In this document: positions 17,495 to 26,473 of the stretch, one piece after another | Layout of the letters: each line of letters starts with the position of its first letter | Position numbering within the stretch: position 1 is the first letter of the stretch | IMG/VR virus record: IMGVR_UViG_3300044297_000138 | Coordinates: 96,001 to 160,000 of that record | Source: a virus | Lineage: Duplodnaviria > Caudoviricetes | Direction: 5' to 3' (one strand) | Length of the DNA: 64,000 nt | Translations under genes and position numbers: made by a program | The notes under the pieces: model-generated | What the model was told of the DNA's origin: nothing | Database searches by the model: none | Seen by the model: the letters and a program-made list of their open reading frames with translations, nothing else

Positions 17495-19351
17495 ATGAAA
17501 TCGTTTTTAGAAAGACTGCAAGACGAATCTAAAACACAAAAGCCAGTTGTTATGGCTTTTGGTAGAATGAATCCACCAACTACAGGACATGAAAAGTTGG
17601 TGAATAAAGTTCATCAGTTGGCCAAAGATTACAATGCAGATCACAAAGTTGTCATATCACATTCTATTGATGCAAAGAAAAATCCATTGGATCCAAAGAC
17701 CAAATTAAAACATGCAAAACGTTTTTTCCCTGGTACAAACATTGAAACATCCGATAAAGAGCATCCAACTTTCTTGCAACATGCCGCCAAACTATTTCAA
17801 CAAGGACACGATCATTTAATTATGGTGGCTGGTTCGGATAGAGTTAAAGAATATGAACAAAAACTAAAACAATATAATGGAACTGCACAAGGTTCACTAT
17901 ATAACTTCAAAAAGATAGAAGTCAAATCTGCCGGACAACGTGATCCTGATGCAGAAGGAACCGAAGGTATGTCAGCATCTAAAATGCGTGAACATGCTCA
18001 AAATAATGATTTTAATAGTTTCAAACAAGGAATTCCTTCTCATGTTCCAGAAAAACATGCCAGGGAATTATTCCGTGATGTTAGAAGTGGCATGGGTTTA
18101 AATGAAAATACCAACCGTGGTATGTTTAAGGCTGTTTTTGTTACTGGTGGTCCAGGTTCAGGTAAAGATATCATTCTGAGAGAAGCCATTGCTGAACAAA
18201 AATCTATTGAAATAAATCTATTACAAGCCTTTCAATATCTAGCCGATAAACAAAAATTGTCCGAAAAGACTGATGATTACCGTAGAAATGCGATTCGTAA
18301 TCGTAAACCATTGATTATTAATGGTCCAGCAGATAAACAAAATGAGATGTTTTGGGTTAAGGAAGAGTTGGAAGAACTAGGATACGACACGATGATGATT
18401 TTTGTTGAATCTTCCGATGAAGTTAGCAAAATAAGAAATGAAAAATTAACAAAGATGATTGCAGAATCCACCAGAAAAGTAAAGTGGAAACAAGCACAAG
18501 AAAGTAAAGAACAATACCAAAACTCCTTTGAACAATTTATCAGTTTGAACAATAGTGGTTCTTTGGAAGAAATAGAAGAAGATATCACAGATATATACCT
18601 AAAAATCAATAATTTTATTGAAGTTAAAATACTGAACGAAGAAGCTTACGTATGGTTAGAAAACCACGGTAAGCTAAATAATATCATTAACCATTCTTTT
18701 GTTGAGGAAGAAAATCATGTTAAAAAAGATTCTAGATTTATTCAAAGGCTCAAAGAAAGCAGAGGAAAGCCATCCTCTGGACTTCACGGAAAGAACAGCA
18801 GCGGTCCAAGACTCTACTCAGCCGGAGGTCCAGCAGCCAGTGGTCCAGGAGATATCCCAGCCGACAACCGAGCAAGTGACTCAGGAACAGACGATATCAA
18901 GTGGAACAGAAACGCCAAGCGAGGAAGTTACATCTTTAGAACCTACACAGAAGCCAAAGAAGGGACGCTCAAAAAATTCCCAGAGCCAAAAGAAAGCAAC
19001 TTCAGCAAAGACAAAGAAAAAGTAAAGAATAAGAAAAACAGATTTGTTGACTCACCAACAGTTAATCAAAGAGTGAGAAACCAATCTGGAATAGGATCTG
19101 AATTTGACACTCGCCAACAGGGAACAGTATACCCTATGTCTGGATTAGGCGATGTTACTTACAGAGAAGAAAAGAATTTTAATAAATTTAGAAAAGTTAT
19201 TAATGAATATAATGGCTTCCAAAATGACCAGGAATCTGGTTTTGGTGGTACATTAGGTGGATCTGATAATAAAGAACCCATTGAGAATCCAAAAGACAAA
19301 GTAGGATATACCTACGACATAATAAAAAGAAAAAAGGCAGGCAAAAAATGA
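17495..19351 (+). CDS. Phage cytidyltransferase-like protein fused to a P-loop kinase-like domain and low-complexity tail
   Basis: FGRMNPPTTGHEKL, KKNPL, MVAGSDR, MSASKMR; then VFVTGGPGSGKD. Confidence 0.8.
   Translation: MKSFLERLQDESKTQKPVVMAFGRMNPPTTGHEKLVNKVHQLAKDYNADHKVVISHSIDAKKNPLDPKTKLKHAKRFFPGTNIETSDKEHPTFLQHAAKLFQQGHDHLIMVAGSDRVKEYEQKLKQYNGTAQGSLYNFKKIEVKSAGQRDPDAEGTEGMSASKMREHAQNNDFNSFKQGIPSHVPEKHARELFRDVRSGMGLNENTNRGMFKAVFVTGGPGSGKDIILREAIAEQKSIEINLLQAFQYLADKQKLSEKTDDYRRNAIRNRKPLIINGPADKQNEMFWVKEELEELGYDTMMIFVESSDEVSKIRNEKLTKMIAESTRKVKWKQAQESKEQYQNSFEQFISLNNSGSLEEIEEDITDIYLKINNFIEVKILNEEAYVWLENHGKLNNIINHSFVEEENHVKKDSRFIQRLKESRGKPSSGLHGKNSSGPRLYSAGGPAASGPGDIPADNRASDSGTDDIKWNRNAKRGSYIFRTYTEAKEGTLKKFPEPKESNFSKDKEKVKNKKNRFVDSPTVNQRVRNQSGIGSEFDTRQQGTVYPMSGLGDVTYREEKNFNKFRKVINEYNGFQNDQESGFGGTLGGSDNKEPIENPKDKVGYTYDIIKRKKAGKK
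18717..19025 (+). CDS. Probable overprinted gene in an alternative frame inside the cytidyltransferase gene
   Basis: GAGGA RBS before ATG 18717; GCTAAATA late-like box at 18673-18680; 102-aa ORF MLKKILDLF... with acidic middle and Lys-rich tail. Confidence 0.55.
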   Translation: MLKKILDLFKGSKKAEESHPLDFTERTAAVQDSTQPEVQQPVVQEISQPTTEQVTQEQTISSGTETPSEEVTSLEPTQKPKKGRSKNSQSQKKATSAKTKKK

Positions 19352-20649
19352 TTAATCTTAACAAAAAAGATTCTGTTGCAGATTCAATAAAATCTATTTT
19401 AGAGAAAAAAGAGCTTTCTCCTAAACAGAAACAAATTGCTAAAATGTCTCCACCAGCAGATAAGATTGATGCAGGCGATTTAGCTAAGCTTCGTTCTGGT
19501 CAGAAACCAGTCAAAGAAGCAGCCAAAATGAAAGAAGAAGTGACAGACACACTAAAAGGTCGTGAAAAGAAATCTGCCGATCCTTATTTGTCTAAAAAAG
19601 TTAAGATTGCTGGTGATGTAAAAGAAGAAGTTGAACAAATTGAAGAAAAAGAAAAGTGGATTCAAAAGGCTATCAAAAAACCAGGTGCTTTACATAAACA
19701 ACTACATGTTCCTGCTGACAAAAAGATTCCTGCCGAAAAACTAAAGTCAGCTGCCGAAAAGGGTGGTAAACTAGGTAAGCGTGCCAACTTGGCCATGACT
19801 TTGAAAAAATTCAAAGAAGAAAACGAAGAACATTCAATCTATGACCAGATGATTCAGGAAGTTCTTTCTAAAGACGCAAAAGCTGGTGATTGGATTCACG
19901 ATTTCGTTCACTCTGATAATCCAAAGTTTGCTGGTAAGTCCAAAGAGAAGCGTAAGCAAATGGCTCTTGCTGCTTACTACGCAAAGCAACGTAATGAAGA
20001 AGTTGAACATGATATTTGTCCAGAATGTATGCAGGATCCATGCGTATGTGGTGGAAACCATGTTGAAGAATCGGTTGAACAGATTGATGAATTGTCAAAA
20101 TCAACTTTAGGTTCTTATGTGAAAAGTGCGGCAAGAGATGTTGGTGCTTCTCGTAAACTTTCCGCCGACTTCCAGAATCAGGCAGATAAGGCTAGAAAAC
20201 CTAGTTCAAAAGCAGCATCATCTAGTCTTTCCAAAAAATTCATGGCCACAGCCCAAAAGCGACATGCAGGTATTGGCAAAGCAGTCGAGCGTTTGACCAA
20301 AGAAGAATCTGAACAAGTAGAAGAAAACGCATTTGATTGGAAGAAACCAAAACCACCAGAATCAAAAGGTGGTTCAGGTGTTAAAGCTGGTCGTGCATAT
20401 GGTGGTGCTGCACAAAAGAGCAAACCAGAGCATGACGAACCAGAAGATAAAAAAAAAGTAACTGAATCTAAAAGACCAGAAACCGATAATGTTCCATTTG
20501 AAGGACCATACAATTCAACATCCAATCCGGTTATAACAGATAAATCTGGTGCAAAACATACACCAATGTCTAGAGTCAAACACTTGGCCAAACAAGCGAT
20601 GAAAAAAGTTAAAACTGAAATGCTTGGCAAAACAGGTACTTCTGAATAA
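19348..20649 (+). CDS. Modular Lys-rich protein with EExEQ(I/V)(D/E)E linkers; putative head-internal polyprotein
   Basis: Basic modules separated by KEEVEQIEE, EESVEQIDE, EESEQVEE. Confidence 0.65.
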   Translation: MINLNKKDSVADSIKSILEKKELSPKQKQIAKMSPPADKIDAGDLAKLRSGQKPVKEAAKMKEEVTDTLKGREKKSADPYLSKKVKIAGDVKEEVEQIEEKEKWIQKAIKKPGALHKQLHVPADKKIPAEKLKSAAEKGGKLGKRANLAMTLKKFKEENEEHSIYDQMIQEVLSKDAKAGDWIHDFVHSDNPKFAGKSKEKRKQMALAAYYAKQRNEEVEHDICPECMQDPCVCGGNHVEESVEQIDELSKSTLGSYVKSAARDVGASRKLSADFQNQADKARKPSSKAASSSLSKKFMATAQKRHAGIGKAVERLTKEESEQVEENAFDWKKPKPPESKGGSGVKAGRAYGGAAQKSKPEHDEPEDKKKVTESKRPETDNVPFEGPYNSTSNPVITDKSGAKHTPMSRVKHLAKQAMKKVKTEMLGKTGTSE

Positions 20650-20658
20650 GGTATAGAA

Positions 20659-21777
20659 ATGACTAAAAAAGCAAAAATAGTCAAAGATGCAGTAAAAGGA
20701 TGTGGGTGCGAAAAACCCACATTCGGTACTGATCCTAGAGATCCTTGGTCTGCAAAGGCAAACATTACCGAAAGTGCTTTACTGAATAGATATTTAAAAT
20801 CTAGAGGTATCAATCCAGAATTTGCTTCTAAGGATACAAAAGTTGCACACTCAAAAACAAATGCATTTAAAGTTTGGGCAACTGCACATTTGAACGATCC
20901 AGTTAAAGAATCTATGTCGGATGAACATACACCGACAGAAAAAAGATTACATACTCTAAAAAGAGCTATGCACTATAATAAAGAAATTCGTGTTGCGGAT
21001 GGTCATAAACAACTACACTCTGAATCCGTAGATAAAGAAGATGTGATTGCTTTTGATATTCCTCTGTTAATTCGTATGTTTGAATATGCTCGTGAAGATG
21101 CAAAGACAGATATGGATTTACATAAGGTTGTGGAAAAATTAATTAAAATCCGCAAAAAAGGCACCTTGACGATGAAAGACTATAAGTTCGTTACTTCAAT
21201 TCGTGAAGAGGTGCAAAGTGCTGGTGTTCAGTTGAATGAATTGTCACCAGAACTTCTAAATCGTTACAGAGACAAAGCTGGAGAATCAGCCAAAGAATTG
21301 GCCAATAAAGGCGAATATAAAAAGTCTAATAAACGTTGGATGGGTCACATGAAGTCTACCGGAAAACAGATTGAAAAGATGTTCAATAAAGAAGATGTTT
21401 TCCATGGATCAACCGCAGCCACACAAATGCCTTTTGACGGCGCAAACAATCCGGACGATGTTATTCCTGCAAAACGCAAAAATGTGAAAGAAATGTCAAA
21501 ATCAGCAAGGATCATCAAATCCATTTACAAACGTAAGAATGTAAAAGAAGAATTGTATGACCATGAAAAAGAAGATAAATCTGTTGCAACCTACGGTAAA
21601 AAACCCAAGTTCCAAAAACCTGGTGTTGATAGTGAAACAAAAGAATCACCACAAGCCGCAGCAGTTTTAAGTGGTGGAAAGACTATGACAGGTGCTTCAA
21701 GAGACACCATTGAAATTGATCCTATGATGAAAACCAAAAAACAAGCAATTTTCGGCTCACAGAAACCAATTAAATAA
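20659..21777 (+). CDS. Modular protein with (I/V/L)xE linkers; putative head-internal protein
   Basis: ITES, VKES, IREEV...QLNELSPELLNRY, VKEM, VKEE. Confidence 0.6.
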   Translation: MTKKAKIVKDAVKGCGCEKPTFGTDPRDPWSAKANITESALLNRYLKSRGINPEFASKDTKVAHSKTNAFKVWATAHLNDPVKESMSDEHTPTEKRLHTLKRAMHYNKEIRVADGHKQLHSESVDKEDVIAFDIPLLIRMFEYAREDAKTDMDLHKVVEKLIKIRKKGTLTMKDYKFVTSIREEVQSAGVQLNELSPELLNRYRDKAGESAKELANKGEYKKSNKRWMGHMKSTGKQIEKMFNKEDVFHGSTAATQMPFDGANNPDDVIPAKRKNVKEMSKSARIIKSIYKRKNVKEELYDHEKEDKSVATYGKKPKFQKPGVDSETKESPQAAAVLSGGKTMTGASRDTIEIDPMMKTKKQAIFGSQKPIK

Positions 21778-21812
21778 ATACAACATAACCCTCGGTTAAA
21801 AGGAGAATAAGA

Positions 21813-22178
21813 ATGTCATCTTGGGGAAACAACGATAATTCAGCTAACGCTCCATATTGGGCAGTTAGTTCCGCAATAGCACACAGTACAGCTGCAGTTA
21901 AAGTATCTGCACCAACAGCATCTAATGTTGCTATTTTGTATGCAAATACCACTTCCGGCGCATATATTGCCGGAGAAACTATTGGTCTTTTTGCTATTGA
22001 TGCGGCCGAACAAGCCAATAATCAACAACAACATGCCATTCCACATACCGGTTGGGTTTATAAAACCACTGGTTCTGGTGGACGTGCAGGTAGAACACAA
22101 TATGAAGTTCTTGTTGCCTTAGCACAAGTTAAAGGTGATGGCGATAACGGACTGATTGCAAATACTGCCAATCCATAA
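21813..22178 (+). CDS. Putative virion structural protein
   Basis: Ala-rich; HTGWV...GRAGR..YEVLVA; AATAAATA late-like box and AGGAG RBS upstream. Confidence 0.55.
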   Translation: MSSWGNNDNSANAPYWAVSSAIAHSTAAVKVSAPTASNVAILYANTTSGAYIAGETIGLFAIDAAEQANNQQQHAIPHTGWVYKTTGSGGRAGRTQYEVLVALAQVKGDGDNGLIANTANP

Positions 22179-22208
22179 TTAAAACAGGAGTTATAACTCC
22201 GATATACA

Positions 22209-22595
22209 ATGTTTGATGATTTGAATGATGAAAATTTCGTGATGTATGCGGTGAAACATTATAATTCACCACAATGCATTATGTCAGAATTTGAGGGAGA
22301 TATCAAGCGTACCAAGTATCTGAAAAGATTGTTTAGAAGATACAAAGTGACGAAATCACTAAAGGAACGCTTGATATTGAACCACATTATTCTATTGAAC
22401 AATGTTTTTGGTCCAGAGGTCACAGCAAGAATATTGTTCTATAAAATAGATGAACGTGACTACGATATACTAAAGACATTTTTAGAATATCTCAATATTA
22501 TGCCAGAAGCAGTATATGGTATCAGAGGTAAAAATTTTTATTCTTCCGAGATACCATTAAATTCAGATATCGCAGAGGTATTATTAAAGATATGA
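22209..22595 (+). CDS. Conserved T4-like hypothetical protein
   Basis: YNSPQC...EF..D..R.KY.KRL...LILNHII.L.NVFG. Confidence 0.7.
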   Translation: MFDDLNDENFVMYAVKHYNSPQCIMSEFEGDIKRTKYLKRLFRRYKVTKSLKERLILNHIILLNNVFGPEVTARILFYKIDERDYDILKTFLEYLNIMPEAVYGIRGKNFYSSEIPLNSDIAEVLLKI

Positions 22596-23458
22596 AAACA
22601 TTTAAAGAATATATCAACGAAGTCAAGAAGCCAACAGGACAATTAAAAGATGCTTGCTGGTCAGGTTATACTGCTGTCGGCATGAAAGAAAAGAATGGTC
22701 GCAAAGTTCCTAATTGCGTACCTGAAGAAGTTGAAATTCAAGAAGAATTCAAAAAAGGTGACAGAGTAAGACACAATGATGGCACATTAGGTACCGTAAC
22801 TAGAGAACCAGATGAGCAAGGCCTAGTTCAATGGAAACATGCGGGAAATAAACACCGTGTAAGTAGTAAAAATGTTTTGAAATCTGCTGCCGATGAAAAA
22901 TTTCGTTGGCGCCAGCAAAAAGAAGAAGTTGAACAGATTGATGAAATCAGTCAAAAAACTTTATCATCATATACAGCCAAAGCTTACAAAGATTATTCAG
23001 ACAGATTAAAAGGCTGGACTAAAAAAGGTCCAGAAAACATGGCAAAAGCCGATAAAAGATTTAAAGGCTTAACTGCTGCTGCAAAAAGAGGACCAAAGAC
23101 ACATCAAGTTCCTCCTGGAAAAGAACCAGTAGATAAATCTGGACGTCCATACTGGGGTGAAGAAACAGAACAGTTGGATGAAAAGTCAGCAGCATGGCAA
23201 CGTAAAGAAGGTAAGAATCCTTCAGGCGGTCTAAATGCAAAAGGTGTGGCATCTTATCGCAGAGAAAATCCAGGTTCAAAATTAAAGACAGCTGTTACAA
23301 CAAAACCATCCAAATTAAAACCAGGTTCTAAAGCAGCAAACCGCCGTAAGTCTTTCTGTGCAAGAATGGGTGGAATGAAGAAACGCCTAACATCAGCCAA
23401 AACTGCTCGTGATCCAAATTCACGCATCAATAAGTCACTAAGAAAGTGGAACTGCTGA
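22592..23458 (+). CDS. Modular protein with capsid-targeting-like MKTFKEYINE and EEVEQIDE linkers; C-terminal DUF6321-like module
   Basis: Modules CWSGY...VPNCVP, FKKGDRVRH, EISQKTLSSY, AWQRKEGKNPSGGLN...RRKSFCARM. Confidence 0.7.
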   Translation: MKTFKEYINEVKKPTGQLKDACWSGYTAVGMKEKNGRKVPNCVPEEVEIQEEFKKGDRVRHNDGTLGTVTREPDEQGLVQWKHAGNKHRVSSKNVLKSAADEKFRWRQQKEEVEQIDEISQKTLSSYTAKAYKDYSDRLKGWTKKGPENMAKADKRFKGLTAAAKRGPKTHQVPPGKEPVDKSGRPYWGEETEQLDEKSAAWQRKEGKNPSGGLNAKGVASYRRENPGSKLKTAVTTKPSKLKPGSKAANRRKSFCARMGGMKKRLTSAKTARDPNSRINKSLRKWNC

Positions 23459-23637
23459 TGAAAACCTTTAGACAGTTTAATGAAGATGGCATGGCCGCAG
23501 CACCAACAAATAGTGTTTCTGGTGTAGCTGGTTCTGGTGATTCCAGATTACCTGCATCACAAAGAGAACCTGGTGTTTCCAAAAAAAGAACTCCAATAAT
23601 CGTGAGGTTGGCTAGAAGAAAACTGCCAAATATGTAA
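23458..23637 (+). CDS. Small protein with capsid-targeting-like N-terminus
   Basis: MKTFRQFNE; start coupled to the upstream stop (TGATG). Confidence 0.6.
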   Translation: MKTFRQFNEDGMAAAPTNSVSGVAGSGDSRLPASQREPGVSKKRTPIIVRLARRKLPNM

Positions 23638-24072
23638 ATGTGGATATTAAAATGGTTACCTGATTGGATTTTTTATGGTATCTTGTTCATAGGTATCATA
23701 GGTTATATTGCCACATATCTTCTACGATTCATTCCACTCCCCGCAGTCTACATGTATAAGACACCAATACAGTTGGTGTCTATTGCTCTTATTGTCATCG
23801 GTGTTTTTATGTCCGGCGCAATTCATAACGAAGCTGCATGGATAGAACGTGTCAGAGAATTGGAAGCAAAAATTGTTGAAGCTGAATCCAGGTCTGCGGA
23901 AGAAAATGTTAAGATTGTAGAAAAAGTTGTAACAAAGATTCAAGTTATCCGAGATAGAACTGATGTTGGCATCAAATACATTGACAGAGAAGTTGTTAAG
24001 TATGATAATACATGTGTGATACCAAAAGAATTTGTTAAAGCACATAATGATGCGGCGGAGCCACCAAAATGA
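23638..24072 (+). CDS. i-spanin (Rz-like)
   Basis: N-terminal TM helices, coiled coil, C-terminal Cys (CVIP); precedes a lipoprotein and the endolysin. Confidence 0.75.
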   Translation: MWILKWLPDWIFYGILFIGIIGYIATYLLRFIPLPAVYMYKTPIQLVSIALIVIGVFMSGAIHNEAAWIERVRELEAKIVEAESRSAEENVKIVEKVVTKIQVIRDRTDVGIKYIDREVVKYDNTCVIPKEFVKAHNDAAEPPK

Positions 24073-24332
24073 AATATTATTTGTTGATTCTTACACTCTG
24101 CTTAGTTGGTTGTTCAACTACTGTTCCTGTAACTGCTAAATTCCCAGATGTACCAAACAAACTTTTAGAACAATGTCCTAATTTGCAAAAAGTTAATGAA
24201 GAAGCAAAATTGAGTGATGTTGCAAAAACCGTAACTGTAAATTATTCCACTTACTATGATTGTGCTGTGAAACATGATGCGATGATTGAATGGTATCAGA
24301 TTCAAAAGAAAATCTATGAAAGTGTAAAATAA
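24069..24332 (+). CDS. o-spanin lipoprotein (Rz1-like)
   Basis: Signal with lipobox LVGC; Pro-rich FPDVP..L...CP; second conserved Cys. Confidence 0.8.
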   Translation: MKYYLLILTLCLVGCSTTVPVTAKFPDVPNKLLEQCPNLQKVNEEAKLSDVAKTVTVNYSTYYDCAVKHDAMIEWYQIQKKIYESVK

Positions 24333-24955
24333 TGGAATTGACAAAAGAACAACTAAAACAATTACTGCCAAAAAATCCATATATTGATTACTGGTATAAT
24401 GCATTATCACAACTATTGCCTGATTATGAAATCAATAATGCAAAACGTATTGCGGCTTTTATTGCTCAATGTTCACATGAGTCTGGTGGTTTTACAGCAT
24501 TAGAAGAAAATTTAAATTACAAAGCTGCAACACTACGTAAAATATTTCCAAAGTATTTTCCAACAGATGAGATTGCAAATCAATATGCTAGTATGCCAAA
24601 CAAACAACAAGCTATTGCCAACAAGGTATATGCCAACCGCATGGGTAATGGTGATGAATCATCTGGTGACGGATTCAAATATAAAGGTCGTGGTCTAATC
24701 CAATTGACGGGTAAAGATAACTATACATTCTTTGCTGGTTCACTCGGTATTTCCGTAGAAGAAGCAGCAGAATACATGCACACATTTGAGGGTGCCGCAC
24801 AATCTGCTTGCTGGTTTTGGGAAACAAACAATCTAAACCAATGGGCTGATAAGGGTGATATTCTTACACTAACAAAACGAATTAATGGTGGAACAATTGG
24901 TCTGGAAGATCGTATTAAACACTATGAACATGCATTACATGTTTTGGGAGCATAA
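24332..24955 (+). CDS. Glycoside hydrolase family 19 endolysin
   Basis: AAFIAQCSHES, EENLNY, YKGRGLIQLTGKDNY, RINGG. Confidence 0.9.
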   Translation: MELTKEQLKQLLPKNPYIDYWYNALSQLLPDYEINNAKRIAAFIAQCSHESGGFTALEENLNYKAATLRKIFPKYFPTDEIANQYASMPNKQQAIANKVYANRMGNGDESSGDGFKYKGRGLIQLTGKDNYTFFAGSLGISVEEAAEYMHTFEGAAQSACWFWETNNLNQWADKGDILTLTKRINGGTIGLEDRIKHYEHALHVLGA

Positions 24956-24957
24956 AG

Positions 24958-25239
24958 ATGCACGATTTAAAAATGATGAAATGGTTAGTGATATTGATTA
25001 TGTTACCGGTTGGCCTTGCTTTTTTTGGTGGTGATAAGTTTCGTTATCCTTGCCAAGATCCAGCTAATTGGGATAAAGACATTTGTAAACCACCAATCTG
25101 TGATGTGACAAGAACTTGTCCGGAACATGTATTTAAAGGACAGCGTGATCCTAGATTAGGTCCACCAAAAGATGGTGTAAATGGACCATTGCCATCAGCA
25201 TCACCTGCACCAGCACAAGGAGTTAACTGTGGAAAATAA
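24958..25239 (+). CDS. Membrane-anchored Cys-rich small protein
   Basis: Hydrophobic N-terminus then FRYPCQDPANW...C...C....C. Confidence 0.65.
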   Translation: MHDLKMMKWLVILIMLPVGLAFFGGDKFRYPCQDPANWDKDICKPPICDVTRTCPEHVFKGQRDPRLGPPKDGVNGPLPSASPAPAQGVNCGK

Positions 25240-25705
25240 TATACCATTTTTATATACAGAAGAACAGTTGATGGCTCGACTGAAATTCTTTATTGGTGTT
25301 TGCCTTGCATTGACACTAACAGGAATCGTATTCGTTGTATTATATTCTATCATCTTTGTTACACAACCACTTAATGCAATTTCACCTATTGACCAAAAAT
25401 TCTTTGAGTTGATTATTCCTATCGCCACATTCTTGACTGGTACTTTATCTGGTATCATGTTGGCTGGCAATAAGAAAGAAGATCAAGAAGCAATGTTGGC
25501 TGCACAAAAAATGGCACAAGATAACTTTGCTGAAACCAAAAAAGCAATGACTGCACCTCCACCAGTTCAAAAAGTTGAACCTGTGTTTGCACCAGCAACA
25601 GGTACACAACCTCAAGTGCAACAACCACCATTGGTTACCACACAAGTAGTTACTGGATTCGGCGGCAAACCCGCACCAGCACCAGCACCACAACCGGAGA
25701 TTTAA
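25229..25705 (+). CDS. Two-TM membrane protein (holin-like candidate) with Pro-rich tail
   Basis: GTG start after GGAG; two hydrophobic helices. Confidence 0.6.
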   Translation: MENNIPFLYTEEQLMARLKFFIGVCLALTLTGIVFVVLYSIIFVTQPLNAISPIDQKFFELIIPIATFLTGTLSGIMLAGNKKEDQEAMLAAQKMAQDNFAETKKAMTAPPPVQKVEPVFAPATGTQPQVQQPPLVTTQVVTGFGGKPAPAPAPQPEI

Positions 25706-25942
25706 ATGTTACAAGGTCTATTCAGCGATAGTCACAATGGCACATTAAGTAGTAAAAGGGTTATTACATTTCTATCCTTTTTATTATGTGCATGGGGTTT
25801 TGTTGCAGATACTATGGGACATAAAGTAAATGCTGACCTATTCAATTCATTAATGTATATTGTTGTTGCAGGTTTAGGGTTTACTGCTTCCGAGAAATTT
25901 ACAACAATAAATAAAGAAACAAAATCTAAGGGGTTACTATGA
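25706..25942 (+). CDS. Small two-TM holin-like protein
   Basis: SSKRV + TM + TM + EKF, 78 aa. Confidence 0.55.
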   Translation: MLQGLFSDSHNGTLSSKRVITFLSFLLCAWGFVADTMGHKVNADLFNSLMYIVVAGLGFTASEKFTTINKETKSKGLL

Positions 25943-26148
25943 AAATGTATGCAATATTTTTAGCCGTTGCGATGGCATTTGGTTCAGTTTCTGTTTACGC
26001 TGAGGCAGAAAAAACAAAAGTTTGTGTTGATGTTAAAGATAAAGATGGTAAACCAGTTAAAGATGCCAAAGGTAATGTCAAACAAAACTGCAAGGAAATG
26101 AAAGTCCATAAAAAATTAGAGGGCACAGAAGTTCCTCCAAAGAAATAA
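25939..26148 (+). CDS. Small secreted Lys-rich protein with two Cys
   Basis: Signal peptide ending VYA; KVC...C.EMK.HKK. Confidence 0.6.
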   Translation: MKMYAIFLAVAMAFGSVSVYAEAEKTKVCVDVKDKDGKPVKDAKGNVKQNCKEMKVHKKLEGTEVPPKK

Positions 26149-26155
26149 TAAAAAA

Positions 26156-26461
26156 ATGGCAACTACCACCGAAAGATTAGGCATTGTTGAAACTAAGGTA
26201 GAAAACCTTAGTGAAAAATTGGATGATATTAAAGTTGATGTTAAAGAAATGCACGATTGTTTAGATAGAACCCGTGATGAATTAAAAGATCAACTATCAA
26301 GGATGTATGACACATCATGTTCTCAACATGCCGAAATGGCCAAAAAAATTGGCGAACTGGAAAAAATCCGAGAAAAAACTATGTGGATGGTTGCCGGTGC
26401 CGTTGCCATGGCTGGTATATTTTCGGGTCACCTGGACAAGTTGCTTGCATTTTTACATTAA
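26156..26461 (+). CDS. Coiled-coil protein with C-terminal TM (XhlA/holin-like)
   Basis: Heptad N-terminus; C-terminal WMVAGAVAMAGIF. Confidence 0.55.
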   Translation: MATTTERLGIVETKVENLSEKLDDIKVDVKEMHDCLDRTRDELKDQLSRMYDTSCSQHAEMAKKIGELEKIREKTMWMVAGAVAMAGIFSGHLDKLLAFLH

Positions 26462-26473
26462 TTAGTATATAAT
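26445..26473 (+). promoter_or_regulatory. sigma70-type promoter for the primase operon
   Basis: TTGCAT-17-TATAAT. Confidence 0.55.

Noticed and set aside
20178-20813. Long antisense ORFs (also 47607-48188, 53770-54381, 61954-62475)
   Set aside because: Shadows of well-supported plus-strand genes; no RBS or promoter and no recognisable motifs.
22187-22200. Palindrome GGAGTTATAACTCC as a terminator
   Set aside because: No U-tract follows; at most an RNA processing or stability hairpin.
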